The position numbers and the translations under genes were made by a program. From assembly GCA_951406725.2 (NCBI GenBank), contig OX597821.1, forward strand, positions 42,656,001 through 42,720,000: DNA of 64,000 nt, read 5' to 3'. The notes under the pieces are model-generated. The model worked only from the letters and a program-made list of their open reading frames with translations. It was not told the DNA's origin and made no database searches. Positions within the stretch are counted from its first letter, which is position 1. Each line of letters starts with the position of its first letter. Shown here piece by piece: positions 26,781 through 39,187 of this stretch. This stretch comes from Octopus vulgaris. Lineage: Eukaryota.

Positions 26781-28066
26781 TTAGGTTGTTCCAAAAATAA
26801 TGGCCACTCTAAGTAGTGTTTTGAAACACAGAGTATTTTATCATAGTATTTTAATTATATTTTAGGTGAATTTCAACATACTTAATAATTGATGTATGCT
26901 CTTTAATAATTTTCTACTTATTTCAGACAGAAAACATTCTTGAATTATAGGTGTCCTTAATTATGAATATGACAAAAAAAGGACCCTCGCTTATTTTCTT
27001 GCATGAGTTCATGCTTGGACACAATGCCTCCTAAACTGCTACCAATACCAATAGAGCATGGGGAGAGGGGTCCACAAGTGATCACACAGTACGAAGGTGG
27101 TTTCAGAAATTTCATAGTGGTGACGAGAGCCTTGAAGATGAAGAAGGTAGAGGATGGTCATGCAGTCTTAACAATGAACAATTGAAAGCAACTGTTGAAC
27201 AAAACCCACGTCAAAGTGTCAGAGAAATGTCTCAGGCATTTGGTATCGGTATTGCAACAGTCTTACGCAATCTGCAGAAGATTGGTAAGATGAAAAAGCT
27301 TGAAAAATGGGTACTGCATGAGCTCAATGAAAATTAAAAAGTTTGGCGTTTTGAAGTGTGCTTGATGCTCTTTCTGTGAAATGGCAATGATCCTTTTCTT
27401 GACCAAATAGTGGCTTGTGATGAAAAGTAGATCCTTTATGATAACCATAAACAATTAGGTCGATGGCTTGATCGTGATGAGTCCCCCAAACATTTCCCAA
27501 AGCCAAAGTTGCATCAGCAAAGGATTATGATGACTGTCTGGTGGTCAGCAATTGGTGTTGTTCATTACAGCTTTCTGGAAGCCAATCAGAGCATTACAGC
27601 AGAGGTTTACTGCAATCAACTCACTGAAATGCATGCTCACTTACAAAAAATGAGACCTGCATTGGTGAATTGGAATGGCCCAATTCTGCTCCACGATAAT
27701 GCAAAGCCACATGTTGCAAGAATGATACTGCTGAAACTCATAGGTTTGCAATACGAGACTTTACCACATCCTCCATATTCTCCTGATCTTTCACCCACAG
27801 ACTACCATTTTTTAAAGCATTTAAACACGTTTTTAAGTGATAAAACTTTCAACTTCAAACCAGAGGTGGAATCAGCTTTCAAAGATTTCTTAGCATCAAA
27901 GCCAATAAGTTTTTATCAATGAGGTATAAATAATTTTGTTGATCGATGGCAGAGATGCATAGATGTTCACAACTTATACTTTGACTAATCAAAACATTTC
28001 TATTGTTAATTTTTCCAGAATAAAATTATGTTTCTGAAATTGGCCATTATTTTTGAAACAACCTAA
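26781..28066 (+). mobile_element. Full-length (1286 bp) inactivated mariner transposon (DD34D)
   Basis: 26-bp TIRs ttaggttgttccaaaaataatggcca / tggccattatttttgaaacaacctaa with TA duplications. Transposase at ~26963-27988 contains WVLHEL, CDEK*ILYDN, LLHDNAKPH and HPPYSPDLSPTDYHF, broken by stops and a frameshift. Confidence 0.95.
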
Positions 28067-28304
28067 TATCTCTCTTTCACACACATGATGATGAGGATGA
28101 TGATAAGTATGTGTGTATGTGCACATGCATGCGCATCTTCTTTTCTTGGCCTTGCGTGATGGTTGTAAAGAAACATCACCATCATACAGGTGGTGGTGCT
28201 TGTTTGCAATCTTCTATGCAAATAGGTCTGGCCATGGGTAAAAACACTTTGCTTGGAAACAGATGAGGATTTGCAACAATATGGGCAACCAGCCATAGAA
28301 AATC

Positions 28305-28459
28305 CATGATAGATTGTTAGCCACTACACACATTGTTTTTTCTGTGTCCCTTTCTGTAGAAGAGCGTAGGCTCGAAACGTAAAAGACTTTTTCTATTCCT
28401 GAGCGTTTGTTTTATACACCACCTGTCTTCGTCTTTTGTTTTTTTCATAAACTCTCCCT
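28305..28459 (+). mobile_element. Short Penelope-type retro-insertion with a 10-bp TSD
   Basis: atagaaaatc is duplicated at 28295-28304 and 28460-28469. Contains gaagagcgtaggctcgaaacgta. The 5' part recurs at about 54312-54368. Confidence 0.6.
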
Positions 28460-28778
28460 ATAGAAAATCTATCTACATGAATTCCATTTGACCCATGCAA
28501 GCATGGAAAAGTGGACATTAAAATGATTAAAAAGCAAACTAGAAATATTAGCCATTGACTATTATTTTAATTCTTTTAATTAGTATTTCATTGTCGTCAA
28601 TGGAGCAATGAGAAAAATCACCAACTAAAAGTATAAGAATGTATATTGGTCAGTGAAGAAGACTAGAAATGTTCAGAGAATAAATTACTGTTAGACACTA
28701 CCCACATGCCTGTTTAACTATGCCTCCCTTATATTTAACTACAAGAGATTTTTGTCTATTTAAGCAAACACTGCATCC

Positions 28779-29753
28779 TACAAAGAATGTGCTTCAACAA
28801 TTACATAGTATTTCATATGCTGTGAACCCTGACAGTCAATGTACTCCACAGGTAACATACTCCAAAAGACACACTCCACAATGAAAGAGCGAAGCTAGAG
28901 CTGTGAAAAATTGCATTAATTTCAACCCAACTTATTGATAACTGCATTGTTTCTTGACTGTTCAAAGAAGACTTCAAATCTAACTAGTAAGTGACTTCTA
29001 TGGAAAATGGACAAAATTTGGCATCAACATGTTATCAAGTATCTGCAGAAAAAGGGTTTAGCCCTCAAGGACATTCATACAGACATGATTGCTACATTAG
29101 ATGATGCTCCAGTTTTATCAACAGGGCAAAATTTGGTAGCTGAATTTAGGAAGGGAAGGGAGAGTCTTGAAGATGACTGAAGGTCCTGACACCCTGCCAC
29201 TGCCACCACAAAGGAAAACATTGATTGTGTTCATCACATGGTGATGGAGGACAGGCGATTGACTATAACTCAAATAGCCAATGCTATTAGCATGTATTTT
29301 ACACAATGAACTTGGTATGACAAAAGTTTCTGCTTGGTGGGTGTCATGTCTTCTGACACTTGATCAGAAGTGCACCAGACTGATTATATTACAGGAAAAT
29401 CTGACATTGTTTGAGGTAGATCCAGCTGGTTTCCTTGAATATTTCCTAAGCCAAGCTGAGAGTTTCTGTTCCAAAGAAGGCCAAGTTGTTTCATCTCCAG
29501 AGAAGGTGATGGCCTCAGCTTTTTTGGCATGCAAAAGGCATTGTGTTTATTGACTATCTTCAAAAGTGTCATACCATCAATGAAGAGAAATACTCTAACT
29601 TGCTGAGGCAGTTACAAAAGGCTATCAAGTTCTTGACTTCAATAGCTACTGTGTGTGACTGGAGCTTTGAACTGGTTGATGTGGACCACAAAGGGGGACT
29701 GTGTTAAAAATAAACTCATTTGGTTAACCTATGAACCTTTCAGCTGATCCTCG
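28779..29753 (+). mobile_element. Internally deleted mariner (irritans-like) remnant
   Basis: MDKIWHQHVIKYLQKKGL...EFRKGRESLEDD...HNELGMTKVSAWWVSCLLT...KVMASAF...IDYLQK. Right end is cagctgatcctcg followed by TA. The left end is uncertain. Confidence 0.8.
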
Positions 29754-30862
29754 TACTTCCTCAACCAAGCACTGTGATAGGACTGTGCATTGAAGTCCCA
29801 TTCAAGTCAAGCTGGAGCATAACGAACCTATGAGTTGGAATTTATTGCTTCACTGTTAAAGAACTGAAGGCAACACTTATCAGATGATGGCATTCATTGT
29901 AAATATCAGACAACATACAATTAGGTATATCTACAAGTCCAGTGACATCTAGGGTTGAGTGAAACCCCTTCCAAAAACATGATCAAAACAAGTAAAGAAC
30001 AGGGAGTTTATACAAAGCACATCACTTTCTATGCAAATGATGTGTCCTGTGACCAAGGCAGAAGGTTAGGTTTAGGAAGGATAGAGGTGAATAAGGAATG
30101 GAGGAGACAGGGGAAGAAATGGGAGTAGGGAATGATATAGATGTGGGTGAAGGTTATATAATAGGCAAGCACAGGTTAGGCTGCATGATTAAGAAATCTG
30201 CTTCTCAACCCCATGGCTTTGGGTTCAGTTCCATTGCATGGCACCTTGAGCAAGTTTCAACTATTGCTCCAGGATGACCAAAGCCTTGTGAATGGATCTG
30301 GTAGGTGGAAACTGAAAGAAGCCAGTTATACATATATCACACACATACATATTTATGTGTGTGTGTGTGTGTGTGTGTGTGCACGCACTTGTACGAGTGA
30401 GTACTTGTGTCTCCTTGTCCTTAACATTGCATGATTGTTGTAAATGAATGCCATTCAATTCCAATATTCTGCAAAAACATTGTCTAAAAAGATAAAGATC
30501 ATTCCTGTGTCATATACACTCATAAGGCTGGTTTTCTGGTTTCTGTGGTGTATATATTCTCTACCTGTCCATCACAGAATTACTCATTTTTGCCAGCTGA
30601 ATGGACTGCAGCAATGTGAAATGAAATGTTTTGTTCAAGAACACATGTTGCCTGGTCCAGGAATTGAAACAACAATCTTACAATCATGAGTCCAATACCC
30701 TAACCACTAAGCCATGCATGTCCACCTTGTTCGAAAACAGGTATGGGTTGGTAACAAGCAGAGGAGCCAACCATAGAAAATCTGCCTCAGTAAATTCCAT
30801 CCAACCCATGTAAGCATTGAAAAGCAGACATTAACACAATGGTGACAATTTTATTTATATTT

Positions 30863-30894
<32 letters not shown>

Positions 30895-30898
30895 TATA

Positions 30899-31888
30899 CA
30901 ATGAACCAGAAAAGAAATGAGATCTTTTCAAATGTCACTTTTTTATGGTAAATTCTGAAAATTTATTTTGGGGATGTAAGTGTAAATATTCCAAGACATG
31001 CTGATTTATGGCTGAGACCCAAATTGCAGGTAACCTTTCAACTTTCCCTGAAATGAGACGCCAAAATGCAGCTGTGTTGAATGCTGTGGGTGGCAGTTGC
31101 AAACAATTGTCACGAAAACTGAAATGCATGTGCATTTCATGGAGGTTTATGAGTATAAAAATCAACTTGAACCGCGTTCCTGGCATTCATAATTTAGACG
31201 CATCAGGTATGATACGATTGTCAGCAGTGCAAAGAGATCAAGCTATCAGTCAATTGCAAGCAGGGCAGCATGCCCTGGCTGTTGTGAAGGCTTACAATGT
31301 CCATGTCAGCACCATCTATTGCCTGCAACAACGATACAACAGTACCAACAGCACTGCAGACTGTACCCACAGAGGGCACTCCTGGGTGGCCATGCCTTGA
31401 CAGGACCACTTCATCTACCTGCAACACCTCCATGATTGCTTCAGACTGGCCAGTATGACAGCTCATGAGACCACTGACACTGGACAGCGACGGCATGGTA
31501 TGACATCGATTGGCAGCCAACAACCTGCGTTGCCGTTGTCCTGCTCGAGAGCCTGTCCTTATTGCCTGCCACCATCAGGCATGACTACAGTGGGCTACAC
31601 AGCACCAACACTGGCAGCATCAACAATGGAGGTCAATAGTCTTCTCTGACACGAGCTGGTAATGCGTTTTCACCTCGAATGCCAGAGTGAGAGTTCGGCA
31701 TAGGAAGAGTGAATGCAACAGAGACGCATGTGTCATGGAGAGAGACATGTGGGATGGCCAAAGCATCATGGTTTGGGGTGCTATAGGTCTGAAATTGACT
31801 ATCAGATTTATCAAAATTTGTCTCTAACATAATGAAATTAAAACATTTTACAGTTACACATATCTCACGTTTCTTTTGCAGTTCAGTG
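30899..31888 (+). mobile_element. Tc1-like transposon, deleted and degenerate
   Basis: TIRs caatgaaccagaaaagaaa / tttcttttgcagttcagtg. Paired-like HTH MIRLSAVQRDQAISQLQAG...VSTIYCLQQRY and a later SIMVWGAI motif. Confidence 0.85.
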
Positions 31889-32080
31889 TGTGTGTGTATT
31901 TATATAGTGGAAGTTATAAAGTGACTGAAGGACTGAATGTTATGTGCATGGCACTTTGTAACTTCTGCTGATTAAAGATAAAATCTATATTCACAAATCA
32001 AGTTCTTTTTATCGTGTTTGTTCTACTAAATCTTTCTCTCTCTCTAATATATGTGTATTTATGGAGGACACTAAATAATG

Positions 32081-32087
<7 letters not shown>

Positions 32088-32145
<58 letters not shown>
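32088..32145. repeat. (TA)n(TG)n microsatellite, representative of many
   Basis: Direct reading. Similar tracts at about 5944, 19188, 45198, 47501, 54257 and 62548. Confidence 0.95.
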
Positions 32146-33739
32146 ATAATGTTCACTTTCTTTATGATGGCATTATATTGACAACGACTTGTTTCTCCAG
32201 TGGTAAAACTACACACCTAATGACACTTCAAAGGTACAATCAATAAAAATTATAAATATCAGACCCTACACTTGTATTGAGCAACTGTTTTTATGCATAT
32301 AAAAATCAGCTTTTTTAACTATATATCTTTCTATCTATTAATCTACCATCCTACCTCTGAGGGTGTTTGTGTCATATATATATATATATATATTCATGCA
32401 CATACACACACAGAGGAGAGAGTGAGTGAGAGAAAAGTAAGTGATAGGGAATAGCAAGACATACATCCTTTCAGAAATAGTGATGCATAGATGAAACAAT
32501 TGAGTTGGGTGATTTACTTGTTCACTGAAACAATAGTAAAGTAAAAAGACTATGTAAATCAACCAACCACTCTTCTTAGCACATTGTTCTATGCTTCAAT
32601 ATAATATTTGATCATAAAGCATCATCATCAGTGTTGTTGTCAGGCAAACAAATTCAGTTTACTAACAAATACAGTTTGGCTCTTTTATTCTCAACTTGCT
32701 GAAGTGAGTTTTTATCTTGCTAGAGGAAGACTTCAGCAGCCATTTATATTATGAATATAATAAAAGGAGAAGCACACATACACACACACACACATCCATA
32801 AGGTCACACCAACATACACTTCCATGCACAATACAAACACATATCAATAAGGTCACACCAATATTCTATTACAGTCATTAGACTATAACCATGCTGGAGC
32901 ACTACTCTTAGTTGTTTTAAACGATTACAGTAATCCCAGTAATTATTTCCATCTGATAATTATTTTATTGTTCTATATTTTACTGACCTCATTTTAAACT
33001 GATGAGGTGTTAAGCTCATCAACATACACACAAACATAGATGTACATATCAATTAAAGCATTATTTATGCAAGTTGGATTTACTGGTTTTGCATAACTAA
33101 CTGATTTAGTGATTATAAATTACTACCTATTTGTTATGTAACTTCCCTTGGGGAGATATAATATGACAAGTGGCTGAAGAAGATCCTAATTAAGGACAGA
33201 AACCTGATCTAGCCAATCTCTCTTCTGTCTACAGATGTTTCTTTAGATTTGCCATATGTTCATTACATATGTGTAAAAAAATTAGTCACAGTTAGTTTAA
33301 AACAAGATATACATTCTGAAAGATTTCAACATACAAACTACACACTCAACAACAGGCTCCTGAGTGGTATGTCTACCAAATTTTATGCACTATATATTGG
33401 TCAAATCATGGCTATAGAAGAAGATACCTTCCCAATATACTGTACACTGTGATCAAATCCAGAACCACATAGTTGTGACATCAAATTAACTATCATCTAT
33501 GACTGCACACCATCTACAGCTTCACACTATCAATAAGATGATTGCAAGTATACATACACACATACACCATATTACATAGTCATGTCCATACATACCAGTA
33601 TGAGACATGGGACAAAACATTGACAGACATGCATACATTTCAAGCAAGCACCAATACACATGTGTATATTGCCAATAATGTGTTTGGTTGCCAAATAAAA
33701 TGCTTTTGCAGGACTTTTGAAATAATTTTTCCTTTCTTT

Positions 33740-34100
33740 TATTCTCTTTTACTTGCTTCAGTCATACTGGAGCATTGACCTAAAGGGTTTGGTCCAACAA
33801 ATTGACCCTAATACTTATTTTTAAGCCTGGTACCTATTCTGTTTGTCTCTTACCAAACTGCTAAGATACAAGGACATAAACAAACCAGCACTGGTTAAGT
33901 GGTGGTGGGGACAAACAAGAAGGCACGCATGCACACTCACACACACACATATGACGTTGTTTCTTTCAGCTTCTCTCAACCAAATCCACTGACAAAAAGC
34001 TTTTGCTGGCCTGGGACTATAGAAGACATGCTGAAGGCACTGCGCAATGGGACTGAACTCAAAACGACATGATTGGGAAGCAAACTTCTTACCACACATA
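33740..34100 (-). mobile_element. SINE, reverse copy of the 41085 family
   Basis: Reverse complement aligns with 41085-41480 across the head, microsatellite and tail. Confidence 0.8.
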
Positions 34101-34931
34101 CAGATCAAGTATTTGGGGTCCCACAGATATAGTTAAATGATCGCCCAGAGGAATAAAAAACAAAAAACAAAAAAAAAAACGAAGGCTAAAAAACGCACTC
34201 AATATCTTTCCTCATGAGGAAATCTGCTATACATTTTAAGTCATGCTGTTAAATGGTTTTGCTTAATGGGGTTTTTTTTTTTTTTTGCTTCTTTTCAGAA
34301 CAGAATACTTTCAGTATCAGTCTATTAACATTTTTGAAGCACCAAATTTAATAAAATAGTTTGTTTTTTTTTGGTCAATGTATTTTGTTATTTGTTTTTC
34401 CTTATGTAAAATTTCCTCTTTTACTTATTTCATAAAATAATTGTTTCTAAATTAGGTGCAAGGCCAACAATTTTGAGGGAAGTGTATAAGTTAGACATGA
34501 TGATGAGTCATGTGTGGTGTAAGTCAATATCGTCGACCCCAGCACCTGAGAACTATATTTTAGCAACCACAGAAGAGGCTAAGTTGACCCCGTCAGAATT
34601 TGAACTCAGAACATAAAGTCAGAAGAAATACAGTAAAGCTTTTATTCTGACGCTCAAATGCAGTGGTATTCAACTATTTTTTGCCTTTGAACCCCTTTGA
34701 TGCCTATTTTACTCTACTGGAACTTTAAAAAAAACAATTGTATTTTTATAATTAAATTTTATAGATATAGATAAGGAACAAACAAAAAAATATTGACAAG
34801 GTTGCAAGACGCAACGAAAAGTTTAGAAAAATAAAAAAGAAATAAGTGGAAATTTTATCGGTGAGCGTGTTAAATTATAAGGCATGCAAACCAAATCCAA
34901 AAAATGTAATATTTTATGTATTGTAGATGTA

Positions 34932-35306
34932 CAGAGTGTTCAAAAAGTCTCTCTGCAGTAAGTATTTTATTGCAAAATAAATATTTATAAGATGGTATAA
35001 GACTACAAAAGAATATATCAGATTTACAAGACTTTTAAAAACTTTATAAGAGGTGTTGAAAGTGTTGTCCATTTTCAATACATATATGTTGACTCTTTTA
35101 CACATGTTTTGAAATACATCTTGGAGACTCTGAAGCTGTATGGACCGTGTGAAGGTTTAGCTCATTAATGGTTTTCGGGCAATTCTTGTACACTGATCCT
35201 TTACTTGTTCCCCAGAAAACTAAAGTTTGGCGGTGTTAAATCAGGTGATCTTTCGAAATAATCCGTTCACCGAAAAATTCACTGCGGAGAGACTTTGAAC
35301 ACCCTG
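34932..35306 (-). mobile_element. Tc1/mariner-superfamily deletion derivative (MITE)
   Basis: TA-flanked TIRs cagagtgttcaaaaagtctct / agagactttgaacaccctg. The minus strand retains RSPDLTPPNFSFLG (WPxRSPDLTPxDFFLWG-like). Confidence 0.8.
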
Positions 35307-35448
35307 TATAACCAATTTATTGCTCATAAACTTTAACTTAATCTTATATGGACTCTCAGGGTCATAATGGACGTCAGCTCACCGAAAATAGAAAATACGA
35401 AAATATTATCAAATACTTTTGTTGTTTAATCGTGATATAAAAACTTTT

Positions 35449-35709
35449 GGCGATCTTTCGTCTCTAGTAGACCTTTCCGTCGATTACACAACATACTGTC
35501 TGTCTCCCACACCCCATCAAACACACACACGCGTACATCAATGCTTCCCCTGGACGGTAACTTCAAAAGAACTTCCCTCGTCATACAATCGCTTTCTCTT
35601 AGTCTCTTTCGCTGTCATTACTTCAAAAGTTCCCGCAAGCCCATATGTAAAAAAAAAAATTTTCTTTACGGAAATCGACGGAAAGGTCTACTAGAGACGA
35701 AAGATTGCC
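35449..35709. mobile_element. MITE with ~37-bp TIRs (Mutator-like)
   Basis: ggcgatctttcgtctctagtagacctttccgtcgatt with a near-perfect inverse at the right end. Imperfect 9-bp flanks aaaactttt / aaacatttt. The right half is repeated at 40171-40263. Confidence 0.75.
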
Positions 35710-36299
35710 AAACATTTTACAAAAAACAAAATCACACAAGATAACCTCTATATGGTCAATCGACCTGCTAGAAATAGAAACCAAATCTCTCAAGTCTCCC
35801 ACTAGTCTTTTTTAAAAAAATAGATAAAATGATTTTAAGCCGTATCAGAAACAATACAGCATGGTGTTCAAAATTGTTACTGGTTCAAGGTGGGCAGCCT
35901 TTCTGTTAAAAGATATATACAGTCGAGAAGTGATTATCTTATTTCAGTTAATTAAAGGCACTCGATAATACGAAATCGTAAAATTTGGTAAATTATTCAA
36001 TATCTTTCAAAACAAGAGAACAGGAAATTACTTAACGCATGGCTGTAAGGTGAATTCGGTTTCATGGCATCGACCAGTGAGCTTTAAAAAATATTTGTTT
36101 TCAAAATAAATAAAAAAAATTCAGCTCTATCGACCATAACATGGAAAGTATTTTTTTTTTCACTTGATCTGGCTTCAGGTCTTTCAATTTGATGAGATTA
36201 AATAATAGTTTCTTTTAAAATAAGAGAAATTATTTTATTTTCTCACTGTCAGCTGTAACATTAACAAAATGTGAATGATCTGTACTTATAGATTCAAAT

Positions 36300-36585
36300 T
36301 CGATGAGGTTAAATAACAATATATTCTAAAATTATTCAATTTTATTTTCCGGTGTAAAATAAAATAATTATGTGAAAAGTAAAAATAAATTATTCCAATC
36401 TAAAAGTGAAAGATCCAAATGGCGAATACAAAATTGTCAGAAAATTATCATTGAAAACTTTTCCATAACTTGCAATTGAACTTCGCTGATATTCAGCTAA
36501 TTGGCTCTTTCACTTTTAGATTAGAATTTTTATTTTGTCTTTTGAACATTTTATTGCGCTTCAGTGAATATATTGACCTCATAAA
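36300..36585. repeat. Foldback (inverted-repeat) element
   Basis: aatctaaaagtgaaaga pairs with tctttcacttttagatt. Outer arms atgaggtt..aatatattc / gaatatattgacctcat. Confidence 0.6.
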
Positions 36586-38497
36586 TTCTGTTGCTCGATA
36601 AACTGGTATTGTTGCTTTTGCGATTACATAAACCTTTGCTTAAAGAGTAACATATTTCAAATGGCAAAAACTACAGTTCTATTATCTAACTTTGAACCAT
36701 CTAGAAGAAACTGGTTTAAAACTATTTTATCTATTGTATCCTCCCTTTTTTGAAGACTGTAATGGGTGACTTGAGAGAGATTTGGTTTCTCTTTCTAGCA
36801 GGTCGATTGGTCATATATTGTGCTACCTCGAAGCAAGCTCAACAACAATCTTCATCTTGTAAGTCGTAATCTGTATAGACTTCGACTGTTGAAAACAATT
36901 CAAAAACAGTAATGTTAATATCCGAAAATGCAATTGGACTGAGAGCACTAGCGACACTGGTTGCTGGACATGGTCTTCTCTTCGAACCAAGGTTTTGTCA
37001 TCTTATGACCGCACTAAGCGAACCAACTAAAGGTGTCTCTAGTTACAGTACTGGATCAACAAGCGCTCAAAAAGAAGTGTACTGACACTTCCTAGAGATT
37101 AAAGGTTTACAGAAAATCGACCACATTTAGTGAAAGTGCGATGCCTATGTCAGCCATGAGAATGACTAACGGCTACGAGTTGTATGTTCAATAAATTTGA
37201 GTTCCAAGAAAGTGGTAGTTACAGAAACCATACGTGTCTTACTTTTGGAAGGTGGGGTGCCAATACCTTGCAATCAATAATTCACCAAAATATTAAACCT
37301 GATAATATAACTCGTTTGGTTTATATTAAGGAGTAGAAGAAAATCAGAGAGTGACGAAAGTTCACGTCATGTTCCTGTCTATGAACTTGCTGCTGAGATG
37401 GATTAGTTCGGTGAGATGGATTAAATCGGTGAGAGTTTTTAGCCAGTAGTTGGAAAGAATTGAATAGTAATGTCATATTTTATCTCATCTTCTATTTAAC
37501 CTTGAACCGCGAGAAAAATGGAATATTTTCTCATATTTTAGAAGAAACTGTTTTCTGGTAGAAAGATATCCTGAGTTTAGTTCAGACGAAAAACGTAAAA
37601 TTTAACCAGAAAAGGGGACACGGAATTGAGGACAATAAAATTATTATTATTATATTTTTTCTTTTACAAAAACATTCTTTTACAAAAGGAAAAGAGAGAC
37701 TAAATTTCTGGTGCTTTTCCTTCTCCACAAGGTAGTGCCTATCAATTTAGGAGACAGTTGTAATAGCAAAAATTGACTATTTTGTTGAAAGATTAAATTT
37801 GTTTTCATTTCATTTAAAAGGTTAAAAAATAAGAGAATTAACAAATTAGCTTATGTAGATTGAAGGGATACAAGGATTCCTTCGATCTACATTTATTATT
37901 GATTACAGGCAGCCCTCTCGGGTTACAAGTTACATTTTTACGTCAGTATGTCAGATTTGTAGCTAATTTGAAACAACGATTAGTATCCAGCATCACTTAA
38001 ATGCTTTTTATGACTAAAACATCCTGAACATTACGCACATACTAATGACTTGTCGATACGTCGTATTTCGTTATGCAGCCATAATATACTATAAAGTATA
38101 GTAAACGCTCTTATAAGTCAATACCGCGATCTACTGCGTTAGCAGTGCACTTTTACATTACTTTAAGGTTATCTCTACAAATATTCTATAGAAATTACAG
38201 CCAGCACTGATTTTTGATACTACGTTTTGTATACCAGACGTCAGATGTAAAACAAACTGAGATCGAAGATGAAAAATGGGTAATGGACGTATATGCCACA
38301 TCTCGGGGGGTTTTTGCCCTTCATCAGCACCCATCTAGCCCATTAATCATCCTCGAACACATTGCTTAAATAGCCACTATATATAGCGGTGTATAGCTAT
38401 TATATATACCAACTCTACATATGAAACGCATTTCTGGAAGCTGGTTCGTAAGTACTAATAACTAGTAGTTATGTGGTATTTCGTTATGTAACCATAA

Positions 38498-39187
38498 TCA
38501 TATATAAATGGCAATCTGTCTGTTACCATCATAGTGTCTAAACCAGCGAACCAATATTCACGAAACTTTGCATTAACACCCAGTTCAATAACAGGCTAAT
38601 TGGATTTCAAAAGAAATCTATAATGTGCCTTCCGGGGCAGGGGCGAATTATATAAAATGAGAAGGGTGCAAAAAGTATTGGTTGGAGGGGAAACACAGTG
38701 GCAGAGTGAGAGTAACTTATATCAAAGTTTTCAAATTTGGTATATTGAAATAATTTTCCACGTTGCATCCGATTTTATTAATTTATTTGTTCCAGAAAAA
38801 ATGCAGAAAAACGTTTAAAGTTTAATCAATTTTACCTAATCAGAAAACAGGATTTGGATACTGGCATTTTCTACATGATAGCTGTCTATCACAAAATGAA
38901 AGTAAAATCATTAGGAGGAGGAATTTTTATAACACAGACGAAAGCAAAGTATTACAACGACCAAAGTTAGGCATTCTTTTTAATGAATAAAGTCTTGTGA
39001 CTCGGTCGAACAGACATATCAATAATTTAAAAGGGAAAAAAAATCTTCAACGAAGTTTTTTGGCGAAAAATTGCACAAATCTGTCCTGATCAGTCAGGGA
39101 AGGAATGGTCTGACATGGAATAAACAAAACTTTACATAAGACATTCTATTGTAAAAATTGCCTGGCAACGACGAGTTTTTCAGCTAG
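38498..39187 (+). mobile_element. Non-autonomous Helitron
   Basis: Starts with TC and ends with CTAG, preceded by a degenerate GC hairpin (cctggcaacgacgag). Inserted between A and T with no TSD. An empty site is visible at 38084/38085. Confidence 0.8.

Noticed and set aside
27509-27922. SETMAR-like host gene (137-aa ORF)
   Set aside because: It is the remaining open segment of a TIR-bounded mariner with stops on both sides and no SET domain.
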